Assembly: GCA_030635145.1 (NCBI GenBank)
Contig: DAOVZK010000005.1
Span: 16,694 to 80,693 of the forward strand
DNA: 64,000 nucleotides
Reading direction: 5' to 3'
From: Planctomycetota bacterium
Lineage (GTDB): Bacteria; Planctomycetota; Phycisphaerae; SM23-33
Shown: positions 48,124-59,031 of the stretch, in pieces
Numbering within the stretch: the first letter of the stretch is position 1
Layout: the number at the start of each line of letters is the position of its first letter
Made by a program: the position numbers and the translations under genes
Notes under the pieces: model-generated
The model's database searches: none
The model's input: only the letters and a program-made list of their open reading frames with translations
Told to the model about the DNA's origin: nothing

Positions 48124-51100
48124 ATGTTAAGCAAATTTTTCATCAATCGGCCGGTATTCGCGATGGTCGTTTCCATCGTGATCGTAATCGCCGGGCTTGT
48201 CACAATGTTTACCCTGCCGGTTTCGCTATACCCGGATATCGCACCTCCGACGGTAACGGTTACCACAAGCTATCCCGGTGCCAGCTCGCAAGTTCTAGCC
48301 GACACCGTCGCTCAGCCGATAGAAGAACAGGTAAACGGCGTCGACCATATGCTCTATATGTCCAGCGTTTGTGCCAACGACGGGTCGTACAAGCTGACGG
48401 TTACGTTTGAAGTCGGCACTAACCTGGACATCGCCTCCGTGCTGGTGCAAAACCGCGTTTCCATCGCCTTACCCCGCCTGCCGCACGAAGTCCAACGTCA
48501 GGGCGTCGTCACGCTGAAACAGTCGACAGATTTCGTCGTTTTCATCTCCCTGTACTCACCCGACAAATCCATCAGCAAAATCGACCTCGACAACTACGCT
48601 ACCATCAACCTCGTCGACCCGCTTACGCGAATCAAGGGTGTTGGTAGCGTCGCGCTGTTGGGCGGAAACCCGTACGGTATGCGAGTCTGGGTCGACCCCA
48701 ACAAAGTCCAAAGCCTCGGAATGACCATCGACGACGTTGTCGACGCCATCCGTGCCCAGAACGTGCAGGTAGCAGCTGGTGTGATCGGGCAACCCCCCGT
48801 GCCAAAGGGGCAAGACTTCCAGTACAATATTTCGGTACTGGGGCGTTTGTCCGACCCGCAACAGTTCGCCGATATCATCATCAAAACCGGCAACGACGGG
48901 CAGGTAACTCGCGTCAAAGACGTCGGAACAGTCGATCTTGGTGCCCAAAACTACAACACGTATTCGGAGCTTAACAGTTCACCGGCCAGCGTCGTAGCTG
49001 TCTATCAACTTCCCGGTGCCAACGCCCTGGACGTCGCCCGTGACTCGCGCGCATTGATAGAAGACATGTCCAAAAAGTTTCCCGAGAACATGGAGTATCA
49101 AATTACCTACGACGCGTCGTGGTTCGTCAATGCCTCCATCGACGAAATCAAAAAGACGCTATTCATTGCGGTACTTCTCGTGATCGCAACGGTGTTCGTG
49201 TTTTTGCAGGACTGGCGGGCGTCGTTTATCACAGCCATTACAATTCCGGTTTCACTGATCGGAACTTTCGCGCTTATGGGTATGTTGGGATTTTCTATCA
49301 ACACGCTGACGATGTTCGGACTGGTACTCGCCATCGGCATTGTGGTTGACGATGCGATTATCATCGTCGAAAACTGTACGCGCAATTTAGCCGACCGCGG
49401 CGGGTCACCGCGCGAAGCCGCCATCGCCGCCATGAAAGAAGTCACCGGGCCCATCGTTGCAACGACACTTGTACTGATGGCTGTCTTCGTTCCGACCGGA
49501 TTCATGAGCGGAATCACCGGGCAAATGTACCGGCAGTTCGCTCTGACCATCGCCGCGTCCACGCTGATCAGTGCCATCAACGCTCTGACGCTAAGCCCCG
49601 CACTATGCGCCCTGCTGCTGCGAGTGCCCGACCCGAATAAGAAAAAGAATCTCTTTTTCCGCGGTTTTAACTTCGGGCTGGAAAAAACCCACAATGTTTA
49701 CATCGGAATAGTCAGCAAAACCCTGCGGCGTGGGGTAATGCTCGCAGTGCTGATGGGTGCGTGTTTTTTGATTACGGGTTGGTGTTTCAAAACTACGCCC
49801 ACCGGATTTATCCCGATGGAAGACCAAGGATATCTCATCGTAAACATTCAGTTACCCGATGCAACCTCGCTGGAGCGAACGCGTAAAGTCGTCGACAAGG
49901 TCACTGAAATCGCCCGCGAAATGCCCGCCACCGAAAACATCATTTCTATCGGTGGATATTCCATGCTCGACGGTACCTGCACCTCGAACTACGGGGCCGT
50001 CTACATTATGCTAAAACCGTGGGATCAGCGAACGAAACCTAAGGACCAGATCAAGGCCCTGATCAAGCACATTAACGAAAAGGCGCAGGAAATTCAGTCG
50101 GCCCAGATCGTCGTGTTCTCACCCCCGGCGATACCGGGATTGGGCATAACCGATGGTTTCCAGTTTCAGCTGGAAGACCGCGGATCGCTCGGGTCGCAGA
50201 TGCTGCAGGAATACGCCGAAGATATGATCGGTGCCGCCAACAGCAAACCCGCGATGTCGAATGTTTACACGACCTTCCGCGCAAATGTGCCGGAAATTTA
50301 CGTGGACATCGACCGCACGAAGGCCATGACGTTGGGTGTGGAGATGGACGATATTTTCGACACGATGCAGGCGTATATGGGTTCGCTGTACGTTAACGAT
50401 TTCAACAAGTTCGGGCAGGTGTATCAGGTGCTGATCCAAGCACAGGGTAAGTTCCGCAACAAAAACAGCGACATCGGTGCCCTCGCCGTCCGCAACCGCG
50501 ACAACCAGACGCTGATTCTCGACACGATGATAAAACTCGAGGAACGTTTCGCCCCGCAGGTAATCACGCGATACAACCTCTACCCCACCGCTACGATCAC
50601 GGGCGGGTCGGCACCGGGGTATAGCTCGGGGCAGGCGATTAAGTTGATGGAGCAAATCAGCAACGAACAGCTCCCCGACTCGATGGGTTATGAATGGTCT
50701 GGGATTTCGTACCAACAGATTAAGGCGGGGAATCAGGCGCCGTACATTTTCGCGTTGGGAGGTCTGTTTGTTTATCTTTTCCTGTCGGCCCAGTACGAAA
50801 GCTTCCGAATTCCGCTGGCCGTCATGCTCTCGCTGCCGTTTGCGCTTTTAGGTGCAATTGTCGGTACGATGATGCGCGGGCTTGACAATAACATCTACAC
50901 ACAGATCGGCATTGTGCTGCTGATAGGCATGGCGAGTAAAATTGCGATTCTGATTGTGGAGTTCGCCAAGACCCGACACGATGAGCATGGCGAGGATCGC
51001 TTCGAGGCTGCCAAGACAGCTGCGAGTTTGCGGTTCCGCGCAATTCTCATGACCGCATTCGCCGGACTGCTCGGATGGTCGCCCCTGCTGATTGCCACCG

Positions 51101-51264
51101 GTGCCGGGGCTGCGTCGCGACGAGCACTCGGCACGGCAATTTTCAGCGGAATGGTCGCCGCCACCGTAATCGGGCTTATATTCATCCCGGGTCTGTACGT
51201 TATCGTGCAGTTCTTCGGTGACTGGTTCGCCGCCCGAAAAGCAAACAGCAGCGACCAAACGTAA
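48124..51264 (+). CDS. RND efflux permease (AcrB/HAE1 family)
   Basis: 1046 aa with 12-TM AcrB architecture (MLSKFFINRPVFA ... VVDDAIIIVEN). Confidence 0.9.
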   Translation: MLSKFFINRPVFAMVVSIVIVIAGLVTMFTLPVSLYPDIAPPTVTVTTSYPGASSQVLADTVAQPIEEQVNGVDHMLYMSSVCANDGSYKLTVTFEVGTNLDIASVLVQNRVSIALPRLPHEVQRQGVVTLKQSTDFVVFISLYSPDKSISKIDLDNYATINLVDPLTRIKGVGSVALLGGNPYGMRVWVDPNKVQSLGMTIDDVVDAIRAQNVQVAAGVIGQPPVPKGQDFQYNISVLGRLSDPQQFADIIIKTGNDGQVTRVKDVGTVDLGAQNYNTYSELNSSPASVVAVYQLPGANALDVARDSRALIEDMSKKFPENMEYQITYDASWFVNASIDEIKKTLFIAVLLVIATVFVFLQDWRASFITAITIPVSLIGTFALMGMLGFSINTLTMFGLVLAIGIVVDDAIIIVENCTRNLADRGGSPREAAIAAMKEVTGPIVATTLVLMAVFVPTGFMSGITGQMYRQFALTIAASTLISAINALTLSPALCALLLRVPDPNKKKNLFFRGFNFGLEKTHNVYIGIVSKTLRRGVMLAVLMGACFLITGWCFKTTPTGFIPMEDQGYLIVNIQLPDATSLERTRKVVDKVTEIAREMPATENIISIGGYSMLDGTCTSNYGAVYIMLKPWDQRTKPKDQIKALIKHINEKAQEIQSAQIVVFSPPAIPGLGITDGFQFQLEDRGSLGSQMLQEYAEDMIGAANSKPAMSNVYTTFRANVPEIYVDIDRTKAMTLGVEMDDIFDTMQAYMGSLYVNDFNKFGQVYQVLIQAQGKFRNKNSDIGALAVRNRDNQTLILDTMIKLEERFAPQVITRYNLYPTATITGGSAPGYSSGQAIKLMEQISNEQLPDSMGYEWSGISYQQIKAGNQAPYIFALGGLFVYLFLSAQYESFRIPLAVMLSLPFALLGAIVGTMMRGLDNNIYTQIGIVLLIGMASKIAILIVEFAKTRHDEHGEDRFEAAKTAASLRFRAILMTAFAGLLGWSPLLIATGAGAASRRALGTAIFSGMVAATVIGLIFIPGLYVIVQFFGDWFAARKANSSDQT

Positions 51265-51281
51265 TTATTCGGCAAACGTAA

Positions 51282-52298
51282 TTATCCGGTCACTTCATTT
51301 CCGACTTTGCGGGCACGCACGGTTTCGTCCAAGCTGATACCGAGCGACACTCCGATCTCGACGAGTATGTTCCAACCGGCCGCGAGGAATACGTACGGCG
51401 TCATGACTCCGGCGTCTTCCACGAGAATCGTGTCAAACGGCGTGGGTTTTGTGGAGATCGCAACGACCTTCATCCCGACACCCTCGACGAGCACTTCCTG
51501 GAATTTCGCGATTTCTTCTTCGAACGGTTCGATGACGAAAACCACGTCGCTGGGATCCATGATTTCTTCGATACCGTGGACGGCGTAGGTTCCTTCGAGA
51601 TAGTCAGACGGTTTGCGGGTGATCTCGTTGGTTTTGAGTGTGAGTTCCTCGGCGACCCCGTCGTTATAACCGGCGAAGTAGATGGTTTTGGCGGCGACGG
51701 CAGCGGCGGTGATTTCGGGGGCAATTTCCTGCGTCAGTGCCGCCTCGACTTTGTCGCCGATGTTATCAAGGGCGCAACCGACGCATTTTCCGGCGATGTG
51801 GCAGAGGACGGCTTGGTAGATCAGGGCCTGCTCAACGACGCTCTTGGTGGCGGCGACGGCGTTTTCCCACCCGCAGTTCAGCACGAGGGTTTCGACGGTG
51901 TGGTTTTGCAACAGGTTGTCGGGCTTGGCACTGACACCAAAGAGATTCTTGTTGCCCTCGGCTTCGAGTTTTTGCAGGAGCTTTACGACTTCTTTCGTTC
52001 GCCCGCTGTTGGAGGCAGCCAGCACGGCGAATTTCGACAAGTCATACGTCGCCGCCTGTCGCGACCCATCGGTGACGATCTGAATGTCGACGCCGTCGGT
52101 TAGTGCTCTGCGTATCATGTTCTTAGCGGGGAAAATTCGCGACGATCCTTCACCGGTGGCGAAAACTCTTCCGACTTTTGCGATGGCGTCGGCGACGGAT
52201 TTTACGGAACCGGGATTAAAGTTGCGGATTACGTCGGGGGTTTCGAGCATTTCGCGGCAAAGCGAAAACTGCGTGTATTTTTTGTCGTTTGAATTCAT
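51282..52298 (-). CDS. SIS-domain sugar-phosphate isomerase/aminotransferase-like protein
   Basis: Two SIS repeats (ATGEGSSR ... AASNSG). Confidence 0.65.
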   Translation of the reverse strand: MNSNDKKYTQFSLCREMLETPDVIRNFNPGSVKSVADAIAKVGRVFATGEGSSRIFPAKNMIRRALTDGVDIQIVTDGSRQAATYDLSKFAVLAASNSGRTKEVVKLLQKLEAEGNKNLFGVSAKPDNLLQNHTVETLVLNCGWENAVAATKSVVEQALIYQAVLCHIAGKCVGCALDNIGDKVEAALTQEIAPEITAAAVAAKTIYFAGYNDGVAEELTLKTNEITRKPSDYLEGTYAVHGIEEIMDPSDVVFVIEPFEEEIAKFQEVLVEGVGMKVVAISTKPTPFDTILVEDAGVMTPYVFLAAGWNILVEIGVSLGISLDETVRARKVGNEVTG

Positions 52299-52381
52299 TG
52301 TAAATTCCTTTCGGTTTTAGTGTTCAGTCATCAGTAGTCAGTTGTCAGTAAGAGAGTTTGGTATCTTGATTTTCTTTCTGA

Positions 52382-53590
52382 TTACTGATTACTGACACCT
52401 GAATACTTTAAATTTGCGTACTCTGGAAGTTCCCCGACCAGCGGGCGGAGGTAGTCGAAGAACGCATCGGTTACAAAGTTGCCCGCGGCGTTGATAAATT
52501 CGTCGGGCATGGGTTTGGCACGGACGGCTACGTCGCAGAGCGGGGTCTCACCGGTAGTGCATTTGTAGGGATCGTTGCTCGTACGTTCGAGCGAAACCAT
52601 GACGCCGCTTTTGTTTTCAGCTGCCAACTTGACCGCCGCCGCTCCGCACATGTATGCTTCGTCGATGTCTTGCGCGACGGCTCGGTCGGCGGCACACATC
52701 GGCAGCGATTCGGTAATCTGAAACTCGCCTCTCCAGCTAAACTTGTCGGATATCATGCGGTGCAAATTCATCCCAACGCTTGTTCCGCCCATAGCTCCGA
52801 ATTCGATGTTCGCGAACTTATCTCGCGTTTCCGATGCCGACACCGGCACCCCATCGGCATACTTTAGGCCTTCACCGCAGGCGATTGAAACGAACCCGTA
52901 TTTGGCGTAAGCCTGCTCAACGTCAGATAGAAACTTGTCTTTATCAAAAACACGTTCGGGAATGTACAGCAGGTGCGGGGCTTCGCTTTCGTCGCGTTTT
53001 GCAAGGGCCGCCGCCGCGGTCAGCCATCCGGCGTCGCGGCCGATGCTTTGGTAGATCACGAACTGGTCGACCTTCTGCATATCGCGGGCCAGTCGCCCGG
53101 ACTGCTGCACGCTCAGTGCGGTAAACTTTGCCGCCGACGCGTAACCCGGCGTGTGGTCGGTGCCGAACAAATCGTTGTCGACGGTTTTGGGAATGCCGAG
53201 GCCGCACATTTCGTAACCCTGCGAGGCGGCGTATTCGGTGACGCGATGAATCGTATCCATCGTATCGTTGCCACCGATCAGGAAGAATGTTCGGATGTCG
53301 AATTTTTTCAGCTGCTCGAGAATCAGCGGCATGTCGGCGTCTTGAACTTTGTGGCGCGACGATCCCAGAATCGACGACGGTGTCTGTCGCAGCAGTTTCA
53401 CGGTCGCAGAATCCTCGGCCGACAGGTCAACAACGTCGCCCTTCATGAAACCCTCAATGCCCCACCGCATGCCGCAAACTTTATTGATATCAGCGACGTC
53501 GCGGGCGGTTTCGATGATTCCGGCGAGGCTGGAATTGATGACGCTGGTTGGCCCACCAGACTGCCCGATGATTACGTTTCCCTTTAACAT
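52382..53590 (-). CDS. 6-phosphofructokinase (probably the PPi-dependent type)
   Basis: GGPTSVINSS ... IGGNDT ... PKTVDNDL ... MGG PFK-A signatures. Confidence 0.8.
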   Translation of the reverse strand: MLKGNVIIGQSGGPTSVINSSLAGIIETARDVADINKVCGMRWGIEGFMKGDVVDLSAEDSATVKLLRQTPSSILGSSRHKVQDADMPLILEQLKKFDIRTFFLIGGNDTMDTIHRVTEYAASQGYEMCGLGIPKTVDNDLFGTDHTPGYASAAKFTALSVQQSGRLARDMQKVDQFVIYQSIGRDAGWLTAAAALAKRDESEAPHLLYIPERVFDKDKFLSDVEQAYAKYGFVSIACGEGLKYADGVPVSASETRDKFANIEFGAMGGTSVGMNLHRMISDKFSWRGEFQITESLPMCAADRAVAQDIDEAYMCGAAAVKLAAENKSGVMVSLERTSNDPYKCTTGETPLCDVAVRAKPMPDEFINAAGNFVTDAFFDYLRPLVGELPEYANLKYSGVSNQ

Positions 53591-53652
53591 TTTTTACTTC
53601 CTTAATCTTAAGCGAGTTGACAATTTCATCCGCGAACCTTACTCTTTCGTTC

Positions 53653-54450
53653 ATGATGAACAAACAACCATGTAAAAATTTCGGCGGCGGTGACGGTAAA
53701 AAAATCCTCTACGCCGGTGACACAACCCTCGACTCGGGGGCTGCGTATCTCGCGGGAATTCTAACCCATTACGGGCTGGATTTCGACTATCTCGCGAGCG
53801 ATCAGCCCATCTCCTCGGGGGAATGCCTAACGAACTACGAGTTATACATAATTAGCGACTATCCTGTCAACAACTGGAACGAAAAGGATTTCGCAGACGT
53901 CGTAAAATCGGTCGAAAACGGGGCAGGATTGATCATGCTGGGCGGCTGGGAGAGTTTTTACGGGCTGGGCGGGGAATATCACGACTCGCTGCTGGCCGAC
54001 GTGCTGCCGGTGACGATGCAAAACTCCGATGACCGTGTGCAGTCGGCCACGCCGTACGTAATTCAGCCGACCGGGCAGCATCCGATAACCGATGGGCTGC
54101 CGTTCGATCATCCGCCGATTGTCGGTGGATTCAACCGTATCGCACCAAAACCCGACGCCACGACCGTAATGCAAATGCGCCCGCTGGAAATTGATGCAGG
54201 AGCTGACGGAAAATTGTCGTTTACCCCCGGTGATCCCCTACCGCTGCTGGTGACGGGAACGTTCGGGACAGGCAGAACCGCTGCACTTGCTACCGATGTT
54301 GCCCCGCATTGGGTCGGCACGTTCGTCGACTGGGGCACACCGCGCATAAACGCCCAGGGGCCCGGCGCAAATGAAGTGGAAATCGGGTCGCACTACGCAG
54401 AATTTTTCGCCCGGTTAGTAAACTGGGTCGCCCATGGCAGGGGTTACTAA
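53653..54450 (+). CDS. ThuA-like/DUF1355 class-I glutamine amidotransferase-like protein
   Basis: YELYIISDYP ... GAGLIMLGGWESF ... LADVLPV. Paralogous to the C-terminus of the 41380-43884 gene. Confidence 0.55.
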   Translation: MMNKQPCKNFGGGDGKKILYAGDTTLDSGAAYLAGILTHYGLDFDYLASDQPISSGECLTNYELYIISDYPVNNWNEKDFADVVKSVENGAGLIMLGGWESFYGLGGEYHDSLLADVLPVTMQNSDDRVQSATPYVIQPTGQHPITDGLPFDHPPIVGGFNRIAPKPDATTVMQMRPLEIDAGADGKLSFTPGDPLPLLVTGTFGTGRTAALATDVAPHWVGTFVDWGTPRINAQGPGANEVEIGSHYAEFFARLVNWVAHGRGY

Positions 54451-54704
54451 TTATTTACATGCGGTGTTACCGCCCACCAGCGGTGGAGGCTAAATTACAT
54501 GCTACCTTACCTGTCGTGCGAAATTGTTCCATCTGGGATGAAATCCAGGGTAAAACACCACCCAGAGGACATGGGCTTGGCATCTCACCGGTAAATTGCT
54601 TCAAGATTTTGTTTTGCGTTTTTTCACGGCCATCCACTTCATTGTCGAAAAAAGTCTTTGCACCAATTCCCCATGTGTTTATAATGTCGCGACTGAAATC
54701 ACAC

Positions 54705-54778
<74 letters not shown>

Positions 54779-55201
54779 TAGGTTGCGGTTCTCTGTTTTC
54801 GCAGGGAGCCGCTTGTTTATGCATAGGCCTGCAAACAAAGGGTTTGCTCACATCGCGATTTTTTCCATGCGAACCAGTGCGAGCCGAAACGGCTGTGGAC
54901 TGCACCGGAAAATACACCGCTTTTTCAAAGTGATCTTCAGTTACCTGCAGATAATGCTTGGCTGCGACAGCTGGGCTCTTCCAGGCGAACGCACTTACGG
55001 ACATCTTCCATAAATTTGTAAATTCATATAATCAATCTCCACGTTCAATATTTGCCATCAAAACCTTCGACATCAATTGGATAACATCTAAACTTCTGGC
55101 TAAATTGAAACGAGGTTTGGCTTTTATTTCAAATTCCGATAACGACGAGAATCTACCTATCATCAATGCCTTCTTTGCACAAGTATAAGGCCATCCACTG
55201 T

Positions 55202-56074
55202 CTAAAGTTTATTTTCGATCAGTTCCATAAACTTTCGGCCGTAGCTGATGTAGTTCTCGTATCTAATATGCTCTTCGGACTCTACGCTGTCGTCATGGAA
55301 CACGACGGCCAGGTGAGGCTCCATTGAAATCCCGCCATCATAGCCGTTGTCGAGGAGGTCCTTGACTATTCGTTTCACATCACCGTCGCCCTCACCGGCA
55401 AAGGTAAACGCGCATTTGTTTTCTTCAGCATTCCACACACCATCCTTGATATGAACATAAGCGATATGCTGTTTTACGTTTTTATAAAACTCCCAGGCAG
55501 ACTGCTTAGGATAGGGTTGAGGTTTGGTGCGGTCGTCAGTGAAGACGGGATTACCTGTGTCGAATACAAGTTTCAGGTCGGGGATTTTCTCAACGAGTTC
55601 CAATGTATATGTCCACCCCATCCCCCCGTAATTCATGCAGTTTTCGTGGACGGGCAGAATACCTTCGTCAGTGAACATTTTGCATACTTCACTGACACGT
55701 TTGACACGTTCGTCAAACATTTGGTCATCAGGGCTGCGATCCGGAAGGACGGCGTAGCTCATAATGCGGACGAGTTTGGTTCCGAGTTTTTTCATGCGAG
55801 GAATGGCACGGCCGACTTCTTCAAGCGAAGTATCGTCCTCGAGTTTGTCTATGTGCTTGCCCCAATTACAAATAGTCGAGCCGAAACAGTTAACCTTCAC
55901 CCCGGCATCGGCTAGCTTTCCATAGACAACATCAAACTCTTCGTCCGAAATATCCGTAATGTTTTTCCCGTCAATATTGCGAGATTCAATATTGTTCCAA
56001 CCAAGCTCGAGGGTGGCTTTGATCTGAATATTTATGCTGCTTCCAGCTTCGTCGGCAAATCCTGTAAGGTACAT
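55202..56074 (-). CDS. Sugar-phosphate isomerase/epimerase (xylose-isomerase-like TIM barrel)
   Basis: AP-endonuclease-2/XylA-like TIM pattern. Lower-GC gene. Confidence 0.7.
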   Translation of the reverse strand: MYLTGFADEAGSSINIQIKATLELGWNNIESRNIDGKNITDISDEEFDVVYGKLADAGVKVNCFGSTICNWGKHIDKLEDDTSLEEVGRAIPRMKKLGTKLVRIMSYAVLPDRSPDDQMFDERVKRVSEVCKMFTDEGILPVHENCMNYGGMGWTYTLELVEKIPDLKLVFDTGNPVFTDDRTKPQPYPKQSAWEFYKNVKQHIAYVHIKDGVWNAEENKCAFTFAGEGDGDVKRIVKDLLDNGYDGGISMEPHLAVVFHDDSVESEEHIRYENYISYGRKFMELIENKL

Positions 56075-56106
56075 TTAATTCTCCAATAAACGATTATGAA
56101 TTTCGT

Positions 56107-57270
56107 TTAGTAGGTGCCTTTTGTGTCCAGCACGTTATTTTTATTGGGATCTTTATCAGCCTTCGAGTTTGCGATCTTTTCCTGTAGTATCGAGAAGAAC
56201 AGGTCGTCGTCAAAGCTCTCCAGTTCAATCATTTTATCAGTCCATGATGAAAGAAGCATGGCATTTGAAAGCATCAGACTATTAAGCCCTTCGGTTCCGG
56301 GAGCCAGCAGTTTGCTGCCAGTATTGATCGAATCTACCCAGTTTTGAAGGATTGTTTTGTGCTGCTCAGGATTTATTCCATCAACGGGAATTTCACACTT
56401 CCAGCACTCTGGCGCCCCGAACCCGCCAGTGAAGGTTTTGTTAAATTTGCGTTCTGAAACACGGTTTCGCCAGAATGTTATTTTTCCGTCTTCGAACACT
56501 AGCTTTCCGTTGTCTGCAGCAATTTCAAATCTGTTTGAACCTGGGGCTTCGCCAGTCGCACTAATGAATACTCCCGTTGCTCCGTTTTTGTATTCGACAA
56601 ACGCCGTCACATCGTCTTCGACTTCAATATCATGATATTTACCAAAGGAGCAATGGGCTCTGACTGTTGCAGGCATCCCGCACATCCACTGCCACAGATC
56701 AAGTTGGTGTGGGCACTGGTTGAGTAAAACCCCGCCGCCTTCACCTTTCCATGTCGCACGCCATCCACCGGAATCATAATAACTCTGAGGGCGATACCAG
56801 CTGGTTATGATCCAGTTGGTACGTTTGATTTCACCAAGTTCACCCGAGTCGACCAGATCTTTAATTTTCTGATGAGCAGATATCGAACGCTGGTTGAACA
56901 TGATCCCGAAAACCTTGCCTGACTTTTCGGCCGCCGCGTTCATCTCTCTGACATGCTTCGTATAAACACCGCTAGGTTTTTCGATCAACACGTGTTTGCC
57001 TTTATCGAAAGCCTTTATCGCCATCTCAGGATGAAAATAATGTGGTGTGGCAATCAGTATCGCATCAAGTTTCGCACTGTCAAGCATGGCGTCAATATGA
57101 TCAAACACATCAACTTCCGAGCGGAGTTCCTTGTTAAACAATTCCAACTTTTCCGGTGCGATATCGGACACCGCCACCAGTTTTCCGCCTTCAATTGTTT
57201 TGATGTTGTCGGCATGAGTTTTGCCCATGTTGCCGTATCCAACCAATCCTATTTTTACTTTTTCAGACAT
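56107..57270 (-). CDS. Gfo/Idh/MocA-family NAD(P)-dependent oxidoreductase
   Basis: N-terminal Rossmann fold (IGLVGYGNMG) and a C-terminal alpha/beta domain. Confidence 0.85.
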   Translation of the reverse strand: MSEKVKIGLVGYGNMGKTHADNIKTIEGGKLVAVSDIAPEKLELFNKELRSEVDVFDHIDAMLDSAKLDAILIATPHYFHPEMAIKAFDKGKHVLIEKPSGVYTKHVREMNAAAEKSGKVFGIMFNQRSISAHQKIKDLVDSGELGEIKRTNWIITSWYRPQSYYDSGGWRATWKGEGGGVLLNQCPHQLDLWQWMCGMPATVRAHCSFGKYHDIEVEDDVTAFVEYKNGATGVFISATGEAPGSNRFEIAADNGKLVFEDGKITFWRNRVSERKFNKTFTGGFGAPECWKCEIPVDGINPEQHKTILQNWVDSINTGSKLLAPGTEGLNSLMLSNAMLLSSWTDKMIELESFDDDLFFSILQEKIANSKADKDPNKNNVLDTKGTY

Positions 57271-57307
57271 TTTCGTTCCTAATTTACATAGTTTATATTG
57301 ACGTGTA

Positions 57308-58087
57308 TTATTTTAATCCTTTGGATGCCAAGAAATTATAGCTGCTGGCCAGACACTCGAATGGATCTCGGCCGTAACATTCATCCTGCTCTATGAGATA
57401 CCATCTGCAATTGCTTTCGGCGGCGGCTGGGAGAATTTCATCCCAGTCGAGATTTCCCTCGCCAATGGCAGCCATCCTCTGCTCTCGTTTAGTACCGTCA
57501 AAAAATATCGACATATCCTTGAGATGGAACAGCGGCTGGCGATTGGGATATCTACGCACCCATTCAGCCGGGTTTCCACCACCCGCCTGCACCCAATACG
57601 TGTCAATTTCGGCTTTGAGCATTTCAGCAGGCGCTGTTTCGTAAAGCGATTCAAGCCATAACTTACCGTCGTATTTCACGAACTCATGGTTGTGGTTGTG
57701 GTATGAAAAATCAAGGCCGGCCGCCGCAAGTTTTTCCGCTACTGGTCCGAGTTGATCAACAAAACGCTTTATAGCATCAAGCCCGATCCAGTCCGCGCCA
57801 AACAGCCCGCCGATAGCAGCGTGCTTGCAACCCCATGTCAAATGCTCTTCGATTACGGCGTCGGTCTCGTTGAGAAAACGATCCCATGCCATGTGTGTAC
57901 CAGCTACGGTGATTTGATTATCCTGGCAAATCTTCGCCACATCCTGGGGGTCGAGCGGGCCGATTGCGGATATCTGCACAGCGGTATAGCCCATCGCTGC
58001 GATTTTTTTGATCGTTTGCTCAAAGTCTACCAATGTCTGCGTAAATTTACGCACCGTATACAATTGAACGCCTAGTACATTTTGCAT
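57308..58087 (-). CDS. Sugar-phosphate isomerase/epimerase (xylose-isomerase-like TIM barrel)
   Basis: TIM pattern with a GGAGA RBS before the ATG at 58087. Confidence 0.7.
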   Translation of the reverse strand: MQNVLGVQLYTVRKFTQTLVDFEQTIKKIAAMGYTAVQISAIGPLDPQDVAKICQDNQITVAGTHMAWDRFLNETDAVIEEHLTWGCKHAAIGGLFGADWIGLDAIKRFVDQLGPVAEKLAAAGLDFSYHNHNHEFVKYDGKLWLESLYETAPAEMLKAEIDTYWVQAGGGNPAEWVRRYPNRQPLFHLKDMSIFFDGTKREQRMAAIGEGNLDWDEILPAAAESNCRWYLIEQDECYGRDPFECLASSYNFLASKGLK

Positions 58088-58248
58088 TTGCAAGATTCTC
58101 CAAAGTTTGGTATTGAACAAGAGATAAAGGCAATACCCAAGCACTTAAACTAACCTATTAATGGAAATATTTCTAATCTCTTTTAATCAAAAACTTGCTC
58201 AAAATGATCATTGTGCTTTTTGCAATTCTTGTTAAACTGAAGCATATC

Positions 58249-59031
58249 ATGGCTGAATATCCTATCAATGTAATAAGCTTCAATATAAACAGTGCAGGCA
58301 AGGATTATTGTGTCCCGCCGCATAGACATAATTTTTGGCAGTTCTATTACTTAAAAGATGGTGATGTAGAAATGACGGTTTCCGAAAATAAGTTTTGTCT
58401 GACAAACGGCAACAGCATCCTCATTCCACCAAGAGTTATACGTTCGCCAAAATGTATTGGTAAGCCTCCATATTACATGTTCGTGTTATTCAAAAATATT
58501 TGCCTTGATATCGATGGGATGCGCGAAAAAGTACTTCATGCCCAATCCGAACAGCAGGATCAGGCCCAAAAAATATTTGATGAAATCAAAATGCCAAAAG
58601 ATATGAATTCATCGTACCTCCTGACTTCCACTCTGATTAATTTGCTTATTGAGTTGCGGCGGATGCTGGAGCAGAAACAAACTTTCAGCGAGGAGTATTA
58701 CGACGAAATCGTCTCAAAAGTAGACATGTACATGCGAAGTAATCTTCACTTACCGCTGCGGCGAAAGGATATTGCACATATTGCTCATGTCTCTCCGCCA
58801 CATCTGGCCAGAATATTTCATCATGTTCTGGGAATGCCACCCCTGAAAAGGCTGACACAATTGCGGATGCAACACGCCAAGTTCCTCCTCAGCCAAAGCA
58901 CCCAGCCCATAACAACAATTAGTGCGAATGTTGGATATGAATCGATAAGCCATTTTTCGCGATTGTTTCGAAAACACTCAGATAAATCTCCACGCCAGTT
59001 CCGAAAAGAGTTTTTCGAAAATTTAACGTAG
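58249..59031 (+). CDS. AraC-family transcriptional regulator (N-terminal cupin plus C-terminal HTH)
   Basis: The C-terminal helices IAHIAHVSPPHLARIFH and ISANVGYESISHFSRLFRK match the AraC HTH signature. Confidence 0.8.
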   Translation: MAEYPINVISFNINSAGKDYCVPPHRHNFWQFYYLKDGDVEMTVSENKFCLTNGNSILIPPRVIRSPKCIGKPPYYMFVLFKNICLDIDGMREKVLHAQSEQQDQAQKIFDEIKMPKDMNSSYLLTSTLINLLIELRRMLEQKQTFSEEYYDEIVSKVDMYMRSNLHLPLRRKDIAHIAHVSPPHLARIFHHVLGMPPLKRLTQLRMQHAKFLLSQSTQPITTISANVGYESISHFSRLFRKHSDKSPRQFRKEFFENLT

